Shown one piece after another: positions 1 to 13,258 of a stretch of DNA of 64,000 bases; position 1 is the first letter of the stretch, and each line of letters starts with the position of its first letter. The translations under genes and the position numbers were made by a program. The notes beneath the pieces are model-generated. The model worked only from the letters and a program-made list of their open reading frames with translations. It ran no database searches and was not told the DNA's origin. Location of the stretch: NCBI GenBank assembly GCA_965649765.1, contig OZ287749.1, positions 94,240,001 to 94,304,000 of the forward strand. Direction: 5' to 3'. Source of the stretch: Bispira polyomma (Eukaryota).

Positions 1-732
1 TAAAATTATATTTGTGAGAAACATCAACCAATAGAGAAGGCGAAAAACATAAACTTCTTGGCAAAGGGAATGACAATATCTTACCAATTGTAAACACACA
101 AATTAATCTTTCTCTCTTACAAAAAAACATGTTAAGCTTAAAACTTAAAAATATGGGCCCAACTGTAACCTAATTCAATGTACAGACAGGCATTATAGAA
201 TATTTAAGATATAGGTCATGTGGTTCAAAAGGCAAATGTCTTGAATGTTACACAGACCAATAACTGCATGAAACAAAGACTTTTAGAACTTGACAAAGGA
301 CAAAATATCACAATAATACCTATTGCCAAGTGGAAGAGCATATTATATCAAACAAATCCTTCTGTCAACAGTCCCTTGAAATGCACAGATTCCAAATATA
401 GACTAAATAAAATACCACAAGTTTTCAAGTTTGAATGAATGAAATCAGACACAAACTTATTCATTTACAGGAAGACCAAAGGAACTTCCAATAGTAAATT
501 GGAGTATATGTGTTGTAGGATTAAACTATTGACAATGCTACATACGTACAATGTATAAATAAACACAGTAAAATTTCCCCACTTTTCCATACCATGTATC
601 TCAATGAGAGACTTCCTTCTTAAGTAACCAATCTGTGGACAACTAATAATGGTGGCCGTAAACTATTTTAGAACAGATACACGGTGATAATTTGTGAAAA
701 CTGATACAGAGGTGAAACACTTGCACAAAAGA

Positions 733-3636
733 ATGGGTTGCTGTATTTTACTGACCCTTTTAGTTCTGTGCTGTATGACTAAAGCATTTTCTGCTGCTAC
801 TGGTTCTACGAGAAGTAAAACCTATAATGTCTCCAGGGTAAAGAGACGCATCATAGACTGGGATTTACATAGCACACCAGATAAGAGAGCAACTCTGGAT
901 ATAAGCACATATTCAAATCAAGAAGACAATGATTACAACTGCCTACAGAATCAGGTTATCCCGCAGTGTCAACAAGTTTTGAATCATTGTTTTATTTGTA
1001 AAGAAGGCTTACCTATTGCTGGGGTTACTGCTGGTGAAACGGTCTGCTTTATCAGCAACAACACTGAACTCAATCGAATCTTCCAGGGCTTAAAGAAGAC
1101 TACGGAGCTCCTACAGCTAGTGATCCTAAATAAATGGAAAGGCTACTTGCCAGTTGAACCTTCACCAATAGACATCACTCGACTGGGAACATTCACAAAG
1201 TTGAAATCATTCAAGTTGGCACCCTGCGATGAGGATTACAAACAACCATACCCTATCAAGTTTACGAAGGACACATTCAGGTATTTACGCGATTTATCAT
1301 CATTGTCCATTAACATAGCCAGTGTTGACCAGTCCTTGGCCAATATTGTCTCACACTTGCACAACTTGAAGACACTGGATCTCTCCTTTACCAGAAAGCT
1401 CAGCATGGTCAACGTGATTGACACCATAAAAGCTGTGAATGCCACAAGTCTGCGCTCCCTGTATCTTCTAACATTTCAGTGTGCTGGATGCAATGGCTAC
1501 AACTTCAGTTTGCACATTCCCACCTTCTTCTCCAATACAAGATTCCCAGCATTGGAAGAGCTGGTCATCAGTGAAAACAGCTTGGCCCGCATTTATCCAG
1601 GAATTACCCGCATTGCTCCCAACCTGAGGTTCTTGGACATATCAGGGAATATTTTATTGGATGGACACAATGCTGCCTTTATTATAGAAGTTTTACTACA
1701 CCCTAGCATTAAAGTACTGGACATGGCATACCAGGGATATGTAGGCGGGGGGAAATTTAGTTATCTAAACCATCAAATCAGGCCTGATGACAACCACATT
1801 GGTGTCAGACAAACCAGAGACTTAAAGAAATCTTACACGTCCCCTGCTCTAGGCAAGAACCCAATCATTTCTAGATCAGACAGATATATGGTCAGCTGTG
1901 TTAACAGAATTACAGAGATGCATTCCAGCCCAAATATCAGTGCTCTATTTTCTAACTTTGCACAGCAAAACAAAAAGCTCTTCCACAATATACTAAAATG
2001 TCTGCTGCCAACAGTGTTTGCAGAGGGACCTCCGATTGATGTAATACCAGAACTGAGAGATATTGTCAATACAACTTGTGCACTCTACATCAATATTCCA
2101 CTATCTCCAAATTTAAAAACTCTTTACATGAACCAACTGCACTTGGAAGCAGCATCGATAACTGGTGTGGTAGTGGATCAAAATATATGCTTCAGGAAAA
2201 ATAACCTCACCAACTTTATCTTTACCGATAATGCATACTGGATTAAGGCTGCTAAAATAGAGGACTTGCTTTCAAGATCATCCATAAGTGGACTGAACAA
2301 ACTAGCAAGCATAGATTTATCCAACAATGATCTGTTGGTTAATTTCACACATTTCACCGAAAATCTGTATACTCCGAGTGTACAAAACTTTACCATTGCC
2401 CAAAATAATATTACTTTTGTTAGCGATTACCAAGTATGTGGTGGGCAGACAATTCTGCAGAGAGTAGACTTCAGTGGTAATAGTTTAGGTAAGAAGCCAA
2501 ACTTTCCGCACAAACTGGTAAGTGGATGTTACCATCTGATTGAACTGGATTTGTCAAATAATCATTTTAATAATTCTGAGGAGGCTTTTAGTATTCATAT
2601 GTCTGACCTTCAAAGACTTCAAATCCTAAACTTAAGCAATAACCACCTGACTACAATTGGGAAAGAAATGAGAAAAGCCATTGACGAAAGTGCAGAACTA
2701 TCGCAACATCTGACCATTGATCTCGACCACAATCCACTTGTGTGCAACTGTCAAACGCTACCATTTACAAAATGGATAACAAATCATGTGAAACAAAGAA
2801 GTTCTAAAGTAAAGTTTCACAGATACGACCATTACAAATGTCTTGATATTTATTCTAGAGTGAGAAAACTCAATACTATAACCCCAGAAAAAGTAGATAA
2901 GTTTGACCATCAATGTCATCCATCAAATGTTATTTCAAATATCAAGATTGTGAGTATTACACTGGCGTGTGTCCTGTTCGTGCTACTCGTATACACTCTG
3001 TACCGTAAACGCTGGAGGCTTCGCTACCTTCTATTTGTACTCAAGCAGAAAACTCAAAGACTTCTCTGGTCGACAGAAAAAACAACCCCTAAAGTATGGA
3101 AATATGATGCCTTTGTCTCTTACTGTTCAGACGACAGATTCTGGGTGCATGGAGAGTTTCGCAGAATACTGGAGCACACATACGGATTCCGCTTATGCTT
3201 ACGTTACCGGGATTTTGAGGTTGGAGACACCATTAGCAATGCCATTCTTGAGAGTATAAAGCAAAGTCGTGAGATCATTATCATCATCAGTGATGCTGCA
3301 CTGACGCATGAATGGAACCAGTTTGAGCTGGAGCACAGCAACCTTCAAAGTGGTCGCAGGAAGAAGAGGCTGATTATCGTCAAGATGGGCAAGCTGAAGC
3401 ATATTGCTGAGAATCCACTAGCGGCCAACCTACTAGACCTACACGGTTACACAGAATGGTCAGACCACAGAGATAGGGTTCCTGTCTTTTGGGACAGTCT
3501 CGTGAAACATCTGTATGGCAAAGCTCATACCGCGAACCATTGCTCATGTCACTGCTTTTGGAGATGCTGTCACAGACACCAGGGATATCAGCAAATCACA
3601 GACTCACAGGACAGAGACAGTAGTACAGAGGAATAA
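733..3636 (+). CDS. Toll-like receptor (signal peptide, LRR ectodomain, LRR-CT, TM helix, TIR domain), single coding exon, ~967 aa
   Basis: Open frame 694-3636 with first ATG at 733 followed by a hydrophobic signal (MGCCILLTLLVLCCMTKAFSA). Many LxxLxLSxN repeats (LKTLDLSF, LRFLDISGN, LIELDLSNN, LQILNLSNNHL). LRR-CT NPLVCNC...KC...C, TM IVSITLACVLFVLLVYTLY then RKRWRLRY. TIR boxes YDAFVSY, LCLRYRDFEVG and FWDSL. Confidence 0.95.
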   Translation: MGCCILLTLLVLCCMTKAFSAATGSTRSKTYNVSRVKRRIIDWDLHSTPDKRATLDISTYSNQEDNDYNCLQNQVIPQCQQVLNHCFICKEGLPIAGVTAGETVCFISNNTELNRIFQGLKKTTELLQLVILNKWKGYLPVEPSPIDITRLGTFTKLKSFKLAPCDEDYKQPYPIKFTKDTFRYLRDLSSLSINIASVDQSLANIVSHLHNLKTLDLSFTRKLSMVNVIDTIKAVNATSLRSLYLLTFQCAGCNGYNFSLHIPTFFSNTRFPALEELVISENSLARIYPGITRIAPNLRFLDISGNILLDGHNAAFIIEVLLHPSIKVLDMAYQGYVGGGKFSYLNHQIRPDDNHIGVRQTRDLKKSYTSPALGKNPIISRSDRYMVSCVNRITEMHSSPNISALFSNFAQQNKKLFHNILKCLLPTVFAEGPPIDVIPELRDIVNTTCALYINIPLSPNLKTLYMNQLHLEAASITGVVVDQNICFRKNNLTNFIFTDNAYWIKAAKIEDLLSRSSISGLNKLASIDLSNNDLLVNFTHFTENLYTPSVQNFTIAQNNITFVSDYQVCGGQTILQRVDFSGNSLGKKPNFPHKLVSGCYHLIELDLSNNHFNNSEEAFSIHMSDLQRLQILNLSNNHLTTIGKEMRKAIDESAELSQHLTIDLDHNPLVCNCQTLPFTKWITNHVKQRSSKVKFHRYDHYKCLDIYSRVRKLNTITPEKVDKFDHQCHPSNVISNIKIVSITLACVLFVLLVYTLYRKRWRLRYLLFVLKQKTQRLLWSTEKTTPKVWKYDAFVSYCSDDRFWVHGEFRRILEHTYGFRLCLRYRDFEVGDTISNAILESIKQSREIIIIISDAALTHEWNQFELEHSNLQSGRRKKRLIIVKMGKLKHIAENPLAANLLDLHGYTEWSDHRDRVPVFWDSLVKHLYGKAHTANHCSCHCFWRCCHRHQGYQQITDSQDRDSSTEE

Positions 3637-4044
3637 GTTACACAGGTCAACAGGTGTACTGTATAGATATGAAACTGTAAGTTGTACATAACACAGTGGA
3701 AGCTCTGTGATCCAGACTTTTTTAGTCAAAAATTAGATCTTATATATATAGATGCAAGTTAAATATATTGTCACAATGAGTTGCACATAAACGCTGTTAT
3801 CATCAATTGCACACACATCGTGCTGGAAAACACACCGGCTGTTGTAAAAGTCATGCGATATGAATTTTAAGCATAAAAATTTATTTTGCAGTCGTGTTAG
3901 ATACGCTGCCATTTTTCGTACATAAAAACCAAAGGTTTGAGTGCAAATCCTCTGGAAAAGCAATACCTTATTTTAAAAGATTGCATTCCTGGTTTTGGGC
4001 TACAGAAGAACCTCTTTTATACAAGTTGACTTTTGTCAAATGTA

Positions 4045-4503
4045 CCAAAATTATCCGCGGAAGCGCCCATTGGGCGATAGGAGTGAATTGGAGTAAAACG
4101 GGTGTGGGCCATTACGCGAGCATCCCTTAAAAATCGAAATATAAATGGCATTTTTCTTTATTTCAAATGTTTTTTATACAGAATATGCTGACACACAAAC
4201 CACAAAAACACTTTTGATTTATATTTTGGCAAACATTTGTATTACGACTGGCCAATACAAAACCTTGAGACATACTACAAATTTTCTATCGATTGTTGAC
4301 GTCATAAAAAGACTAAAGGCTGGACTAAAAAGAATATAATATGGATGTAATAAACAACGGAAAGTATTTTTTATTAGGTATTTTATATATATCTCTTCTG
4401 GTATGTGTTTTTGTGGGTAAAGTTGGGTGTTTCTTAGTTTTTAGCCATTTTTGGGGGGGGTGGGCGACAATGCGAGATTGAGCGCTTCCACGGATGATTT
4501 CGG
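4045..4503. mobile_element. Non-autonomous TIR DNA transposon (MITE, Tc1/mariner-like TA flanks)
   Basis: Left end CCAAAATTATCCGCGGAAGCGC and right end GCGCTTCCACGGATGATTTCGG are ~22-bp imperfect inverted repeats, both flanked by TA. Confidence 0.65.
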
Positions 4504-5448
4504 TATATTTTTAATTTATTTGTATTACTATATACTCTTTTCTACTATATCAATCTTTTTATCCAATTATTTCATCATATATTTTTTCCTATATTAACAT
4601 GCACAAAGTGATATAACAAGCTCAAATAGAGGCTTAAAGCCTAAGGTATTGGTCTAATTCTTATCTGCATGCATATTGTACATGTAACATAAGGTTTGTG
4701 TTAATAAACATAGTTAAAAAAAAACAAATTAACATGAAATTTGTTGTTATATTTTGCCTAAATCAGCAATCTCTTAATTCACCCCACTATCTTATTTGCC
4801 ATAAATACACTGGAAACTGGCCAAAATGCAAACAGGAAGTGCGAACCGCTAAATTGTTCACAAATAAAAACAAGACTTAAAATGGTTTAGCGTTTGTTAA
4901 TTAAAAGGTATTAACTTAAAAATACTATTCCAAGTGTTCTACAAGTGTTCTCCAGAGGTGACATAGGTATCATTCATGACATCGATATGTTTGTTTTACA
5001 CATCAATATCAGCACCCAACTTCCCAAGGGCTCAAACAATTTACCCACGACTGGCCTTCACATTTTGTTTCAAACTGTGGTCACAGTGTTGTTAATAACA
5101 TATATACATCTAGAAACACCTCATCTCTCAGCTGTATTCTGACATACAGGAGGAGGCAAGATTTCAAAGGTCATGGTTATAACTCAAAAGTCTATTGTAG
5201 GTCAAACCATAAAATACAGGTCTAAGCAACAAAATCATTTATTCTAGCTACATCTAAACTTGGCCTAACACTGAGTCCCTCACAGATCAATGATTTTTAA
5301 CTGTTTAAAAAACATTTAATGTTTAAAGGGCACTGCAAATTTATAATATCTAAAGCTTTCTCGCACAGAGCGTATCCTGGCATCATTGATGCACAGACTT
5401 TGAAAGGATGCACTGTATTTAGACATGGGAGTCCTCTATAAAATAACA

Positions 5449-5558
5449 GGGCCTGTATTCACTAACAGACTTTTAGCCCGGTCTTAGACTTAAATCAATA
5501 TACTATTCTGCTAGATTTAAGCCCGAGACGTGGCTAAGTCCCTAGTGAATACGAGCCC
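5449..5558. mobile_element. ~110-bp palindromic MITE (PIF/Harbinger-like, CWG flanks), copy 1
   Basis: GGGCCTGTATTCAC...GTGAATACGAGCCC inverted ends with CAG flanks. Closely related copy at 15065-15173 and a relative at 51389-51480. Confidence 0.65.
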
Positions 5559-8500
5559 AGGTCCCCAGAGTTTGCCATCGGACCCTTTAAAATATTGAAT
5601 AATGGACTCCTGAAAACTAAAAGCTGTGGGGAACACACAATACTTAGACATACTCAGACATAGTTGGAAGAAGCATTTTCCAACGTTTTCCACCTTGGTA
5701 AGGCTAGAGATTTGATTACCCAAAACGTCCACCTTGCATGGCCGACTACAAAAGGATTCGGAAGGAAGCTAAAGTTATAGGAAGTTAGAGATAGGGTTCT
5801 CCCCGCCACAAGGCGATTTTCATTATTTCTCTTACTGCCTCTCCATACCGTCATAGTGTGAACTCCACCATACATGCTATAAAGAAGAAGGGGCTAGGGT
5901 ATTTCACTTTATCTTCTTATATCACATGCCTTGGTCATAAAAGTCTCTACTGGCCAGTCAGACCTATTTATAAGAATTTACATGGAACCTAACTAAAGCA
6001 ACATAACCTAATATCTAAAACTTTTTATTTTATAAATTATGTTGTCAACAATTACTAATATTGAGTGTCAAGAAAAACAACTGGAAAAACAACTGGCAAA
6101 ATTCACTGCACAGCAAAGTTTACTTAACAGTGAAATTCACCAAGTGACCAGTACCTCTCAGCATACCTTGAATATTCAAGATATCTGGCACTTTGTTCAT
6201 AGAAAAATCCAAGACAGCTCACAAAATGGAAGGAAGGTGGGCGAGACAGAAAAGAGATGAGACGTGACAAAAAAATCACATTAGCCCTCATTCCAAGTTC
6301 CTCCAAGTATCTGTTTATAAATAAAAAGACATGATAAGACATAGTTTTTTTAAAAAATATACACTTGTCAACCTATGGGAAACTCGTAGCTCTGGATCAA
6401 TATTTTCCTTTTTATTAATTACGCTTCGATGGATTGATTATTTGATTAATTAAATGACAGAACCAAAAAAAGAAACTTTATGTCAATGTTTTTTTCCTTT
6501 TATAATTATTGATATTACGTCACAAAAAAAAACATTCTTTTTAAAGTACAAAAACTATCTATTAGGCTATTAAAATGTTTTACATAGATACTGTAACAAG
6601 GAGCCTCCGGCATATTGGCTGAGGGAAGACATAAAAGACATCTCATAAAATGTCTTACTGAATACTGATCTACATTATCTACAGCCAAATTATCTTTATC
6701 TTGTCACCAAGGGTCCCACTATATTTTTCTAAACGATAATTTCTCAATCAAGTATTATTGGAATATCCTCTGCCTACAATATGTGCTCTTTTCACTTCAG
6801 TAAAGGTGCTTTCATAACGAGATACCCTCTGTGTAACTCATTGACTAGAACCAATGAGTTGAAGTACTGTATAATTTTCTTTTTTTAGTACAGTACCTTG
6901 ATATCAAGTTTGTTCACCTTGGTAATAAGCTTGTTGGTAAGTTACTTTGGGCCTGATGTCACTTTGAACATGTTTGTGTGTTATCATGACGGGCAGTTCA
7001 CTGATGGGTATTTGGTTGAAAGCTAACGAATTTTCCCACTTACATGCCAGGGATGAGATTTGAACCAACGATGGCTGAGGTGGGAGGCAAGTGTGTTACC
7101 ACTACACCATTAAGGCCCTTTCTTAACTAGTACACAAGATTATGAGGTCAAAGTTCGTAACTGCAACGTCAAAGGTCAACATGACATCAGACTAAAACCT
7201 TTTTCAACATCTTTACTGTGTAACAAATTTTTGTGTCAAATATAAACTTCCTGTGACTGTAGTTGTAGGTATCTAGTCCAGGCATCGCTCTGTAGGTCAA
7301 GGCCATACCTCCAAAGTCAAAGGTCACAATGAGGTCAGTACCTCATAGTGGGTAAATCGTTTGTGTGCCATGAGATATATATCAAAGACAAACTTGAAAC
7401 AGTTTATCATTTAATATTTAAGAAGTATTAGCTTAAAATATCATTAAAATTGTTGTACAAATGTTGTCAGAAGGTGAAATATGTATCATTTACGACATCG
7501 ATATGATTGTGTTGCACATCAATATTGGCCCCCAAGAGCCCAACAATAATATTGCCGATATTGACAAACCATTTACTCATGGTCAAAGAAATGTTTATGC
7601 GAAGTACAAAATTCCTATAACAAGCAGTTCTTATGAACAAGTCTGAAAAAGGAAGACAAAGCTGGTAATATATATTTTAAATATTTAGTCCAAATTGCAT
7701 GAATATGTTCGAAAGTCTTTTTGTGTTACAGTGATTCTGGAAACCTTATGTCCCATTGTGACAATGGGACACATTGTCACAATATCAGAGTAGATGTACG
7801 ACTAACTATACATCACAGAGGGTTCTCTGATCTATGGGAAGATAACATTAGATACAACAATATGTCAGTATCAACTTTCTATTAATAGGCACTATTCAAC
7901 AAAAGAATAAAAGGAGTGTCAGTTCCTCCACAAGTTCTGTATAAATCAGTCTTTGAACCATTAATTGTCTTCAGACATTGTCCTATTGATTTCAAAGCTT
8001 CAATGATTATGATAACAATCAACATCATTTTTTTTCAGATACAAGTGGGGACACACATGACGACAGGCAGACAGTAATGTTGTATATATTATAAGAAAAT
8101 TAGAGGTACAACAAATAGTTTGAACACACTTATTATATTTTGACCACCATTCTAACAAAACGGAAATTTGGTGAAAAATGAGAAACCAAAAGTTTTAGGT
8201 GAAGGTCAATATTCTATAATTAAAGGTCAAAATGATATCAAATCACCTTTTGCACGACTGTATACCCACTGAATATTTGGGTTAAATATTAACCTTCGAA
8301 GACAAGTATGAAGTAGTTACTAAGATACAATAAGAATTTCCTGTAATATATGTGGTTACTAGCCCGACTAGGTTTTTAGGTGGGTCAAGGTCACTTGTCT
8401 ATGATCAAAATGATTTTTAGGAGGCGGTCAAATACTCCCAAGGTCAAAGACAGATCAGACAAAAATTTTCACAACCGTACCTCTGACAGAATATTTGTAC

Positions 8501-11500
8501 CAAACATAAAGTGGTGACAAAAAAAATCAAAATATTTTCTGTTGTCTAGATCAGGAAGATATCTGCCTTTGCATGAAAACCCCGCCAGTTAGTCAAAATT
8601 ACTTTGTAGGTCTTCATTGAACTCAACTGGACAACTTGAACATGTTCATCAGATAAAAAAATAAAATCAAAGTAGAACTACAGTCAAACCATTAACATTG
8701 TATAACTGTAGAAAGAAACATTTGTACAACCAAATATGAACTTCCTGTGTAAAGTACATTATATAGCTTCTGAGACCTAATTCAGACTTAAGACAAGGAA
8801 GAACATGGTCATAACTCTGACATTGCGACACAATACACTGACAGCAATTAATGGCTGTCGGGTAAAAACTCATTTTTAATGTATCTGGAGCTCTTAACAA
8901 ACAAAACAAAAAAAAAAACAGATAGGGCCGTAACAGCCAATATTTTATAAAGCTCATTTTCATTATTAACTTTAAAATTATTTTCTAGGTCTTCATGATA
9001 TTCAACCTATATATTTATACATTAAATTCATAATTACATGAACAGCTGTCTTCCAGCATTTTATTTTTAAATGACACAGATATAGGTGCCTAATGATAAG
9101 TCTAAATTAACCGTTTCTATACGACTGCTTCCTGTTAATGCGACTTCTAAAAAACAAGATACAAAAGCCATCATGCAAGCCTGAACTCTAAATATCAGGG
9201 TAAATATATGCATGCACAAATAAGTCTTATTAGACAGCATTGTTATTATTAGGGCATGCATAGTTTAAGTTGACATGCAAGTGATATATATATATTTTTT
9301 TGATGGAATCAATGGAATGCAGACCAGATCCAGCTGCCTTGTAAGAGCAGCAAAGTCACATGACTGCGTTTGGATTGAATCACATGACTTTGGCATAAAA
9401 CATTGGTCACATGATAAGGAACAGGCTTATCTTCAGTGCTCGTAGCAACATCACAAGTAGCAAAGGTTAAGATTATCTTAACAAACATGGCGTATTAAAT
9501 TATGTAATTTTACAAGAAAATCTCTTTACAACCATTTTCGGATCAAATTTTTTCAAAACAATGATTAATTTTTGTGAGAACACAGGAGCAACAGGCACAT
9601 ATATTTACATGACAAAAGGGGTAAAGCTGGTAACAGCTACTAACACATGACAAATGACTCGCACAATACAGCACACTTATGACATCTTGTTTTTTTTACC
9701 TGTTTTGGCCATTTAAACTGTTTCCTTATTAGGTTTCTGAAGAGGTACACCACGATGGTCACAGATCCCACAATCAGGACGCTACTAATCACCATGGTTA
9801 CGGCTAGACTTTTAGAACGACCTTCACACTGTATTTCACTAATATCACAGATGCTTATATATCACATGTACGCCGCTCTAATATCCCCCAAGGTCAAATT
9901 GCTTCCTGACCCGAATCTCAGTCCAATTGCCAGGCAAGTAATTACTTTGCATAAACCGTGTATATACGAAAAAAAAAAGAAGAGTACTCTTGATTTATGC
10001 GTTATTACACAACAGCTGGAGACGGTACAGAACTAATATTTTCTTAGTCGTCAGCACAAAACACTCTTTACCAAAGAGAGAAAGAAAAAAAAGAGAAATA
10101 GCTATCCAAAATAAAACTATCATTTATATATATATTACTGCAGCACTACCGCAACTATTTCTGAGGCGAGAGCTGGCCGATACTTGGGTAGATGAATGAA
10201 TACATGTATGTGTGAATCATGGATTTCCTGGTGGCAAAAAATGTGTCTAGAGAGTTTTGATATAAGGAGGCTGCAGCCTGCTGTGGTGGAGAGGCACTTC
10301 GACTGTAGCGGCAGCTTATTACAAGTACAGCTAGACACGTCAAACTGGCATCTAGTCAACCTTCTGGCCCAATACAAGATCAATACTGTCTCATTTTATT
10401 TCTTTACAAAATGTATACATATATACTATCTTTTTTTTTGTCACTTTAAATAATTTTTATGGTAAACACTGAATCCTCAGTGGATTTAACCTTGTCTAGG
10501 ATACAAATAACAAAAAGAAGAGACACTTGCAGATACTCTCATTATATCACGTAGCATCTCTCAGATACAAAGCTAGTCTTCAGCACTTTGAAACCTGTTA
10601 CCTATGGTATTTTTGAACAGTTTCAAGTTTTTTGAGTTTACACTGTGTCTGAAACCGTGTGAATCACTCCATTCATAAATTTAAAAAAACATTTGTATGT
10701 GCACAGACTGTAGAAGCTGGCTTTTTATGTTGTATAATGACTGTTGTCAGAAAAAGAGGATCTTCTTAGGGGGTGTCAAATCAGAAAATAATTAGCTGTT
10801 AGGATATGTTTGTATTATCTGTCCTACTTTAAATATCTCATTAAACTCTATATATCTATCAATGTGTCTAAGATAATACAAGGGTGTGTATTAAAAAGAG
10901 GAAGAACAAATACAGACTGTCTAAAAACCGGCACACCTAGCACTAAGTGCTCCGTAAGTAAGAACTTGTAAGAACAAGCACCTGTCTAATTTCAATTTTC
11001 AATCTATTGAATTAACAAAGGGACACATGGCTACATGGTCTCCTTTTACAGGGAAACAAAAACACCACATAATTTGGAAAATGAAATCTTAATGCTTTAT
11101 ATTTGAATGAAATTAACTATTGTTGGGAGAAAAAAAGAAACCAAACTTTATATTGAAAAGTAAAGAAGCAAACGCAAAATTTAAAAAATTAAAGTGTAAG
11201 TTTCTTTTACAGATACAGCCACTGTGATATTATCTGTTTCCCCTATTTGTATACATTGATTAATGCGAATGTGTTTCTACCATAATTATCCAAATAAATG
11301 CCCAAGCTCATTTTACAAGAGGTGGGGGGGGACTAAATATTTGTGGGTCTGACTGGCAATTTGGAAATTTTATTAGTAAAACTCGCTGTTTGAATTGCAA
11401 AAAGTCTGAAAATCGAAATCAGTCCAAAATGATCTTTAACTGATCCAAAAATACAAGTGTATTTCTATGCGTGCATGTACTTGTAGGAGGAGGGGGGGAG

Positions 11501-12207
11501 ATTAGTAAGGGGGCGTATAATTAGATCAATACGATACACTTCAAATTTGACAGAAGTTCTAACCAATACCAAGTTTCAAGTTGAAAGACTCCATAATGTG
11601 AAACATCAAGTGGACAGACTGACATTGTAGATACACTTTTACACCTGACATGATCTGTCTGTACCCCAGTAAAAGGATCATAAGCTGTAGATTCACCACG
11701 TATTAACATCATGCACATATTTTTGACAAATTTTCTTTTCCGTGTAGATTGATGAATATTAAATTGGCAACATATATCAATATTTGGTCCAATGACAAAA
11801 ACCTGAAAATTGTATTGTTATAATTGTCATGGCCATATTTTCTTATTCATTTACTTTCGATTTTATCTATATTAATTTATATAACCTCAGTTATATAACT
11901 AGAAATAGGACGCCCTGTTAAGAGTAGCTGCAACATATGAAAAGAAACAGAATAGCATAGAAGAACACACATTAGCATGTGTAATGTCCACCCCATGAAC
12001 CTTTTGGAACAATTGCACAGTAGTCTTACAGGACTGTTTTGTTTGTAAAATATATCAACGATGCTCCAAAATTTATTAGTATACATGTAAATTATTTCAA
12101 CTGCACGGACAAAATGTCGTCGGACAAAATACTGAGGGGACAAAACGGCAGTCAAAATTGCAAGGGGGACAAAATACTGTCTAACTAAATGGTACATAAC
12201 ACATTTA

Positions 12208-13258
12208 CACAAGCACTGCCTAGTAGTGTGCACCATGTAACAGATTCCTGAAAAAAGGAAAAATGTCCATCAAGTGAATCCCATCAGCAAAAAATCCCAT
12301 CAGGAAAATTGGCCATCAGCAATTTTCGCCGAAATCGCTCTATCTCGCACGGTTAAGGAGAGACTCAAATTTATGTTTTTCCATTTTTGGCAGAAATTCA
12401 AAAATTCAAAATGGCCGCCATTTTTGGGGAGAGGAAATTTTTTTCAAAATTGCCAAGAGTACATTGATTAGGTACCCTGTGGGTCGAAAATTTCAACGAA
12501 ATCGCTCTATCTCGCACGGTTAAAGAGATAGAAGCAAATTTGTGTTTTTCCAGCTTTGGCAAAAATTCGAAAATTCAAAATGGCCGCTATTTTTGGGGAG
12601 AGGAAAATTTTTTGAATATTGCCTATAGTACATTTCTTAGATACCCTGTGGGTCGAAAATTTTGATGAAATCTCTATCTCGCACGGTTAAGGAGATAGAA
12701 TCAAATTTGTGTTTTTTTCATTTTTAGCAAAATTCGAAAATACAAAATGGCCGCCATTTTTGGGGAGAGGAAATTTTTTGAAAATTGCCAATAGTACATT
12801 TCTTAGATACTCTGTGGGTCGAAAATATTTTGATGAAATCACTCTATCTGGCACTGTTAAGGAGATAGAAGCAAATTTGTGTTTTTCCATTTTTGGCAAA
12901 AATTCGAAAAATCAAAAAGCAATCCCAAGCAAGCTATTGACCTAACTATTGCTCATACCAAATTTGGTAAAGATATGTCAAATATTTTTCCTTAAAATCC
13001 CCGAAAACCAAAAAAGTACATAAAAGTAAGTAAGTAGCTATTACTCAGTTAGCTATAGAGCTATCTTCACCAAAAGCAATCCCATGCAAGCTATTAACCC
13101 AATAAACACCCTTACCAAATTTGGTAAACATAGGATGAATACTTTTCCTTGAAATGACTGGAAACCAAGTGTGACGGACGGCGAACGCCGGACGGCGGAT
13201 GCTGAACGCCGGAAAAAGCAAAAATAATATGTCCACCCCCCACTGGGGTGGACATAAT
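12208..13258 (+). mobile_element. Helentron-associated non-autonomous element (HINE / pearl-like) carrying a ~168-bp internal satellite
   Basis: About 3.5 tandem units start at 12331, 12498, 12667 and 12835 (GAAATCGCTCTATCTCGCACGGTTAAGGAGA...). They are followed by a GACG-type microsatellite (~13172-13212) and a 3' hairpin TATGTCCACCCC-ccact-GGGGTGGACATA (13228-13256). The 5' end is approximate. Confidence 0.7.

Noticed and set aside
694-732. GTG start for the TLR given by the ORF track
   Set aside because: In a eukaryotic gene, the ATG at 733 directly precedes the signal peptide and is the likely start.
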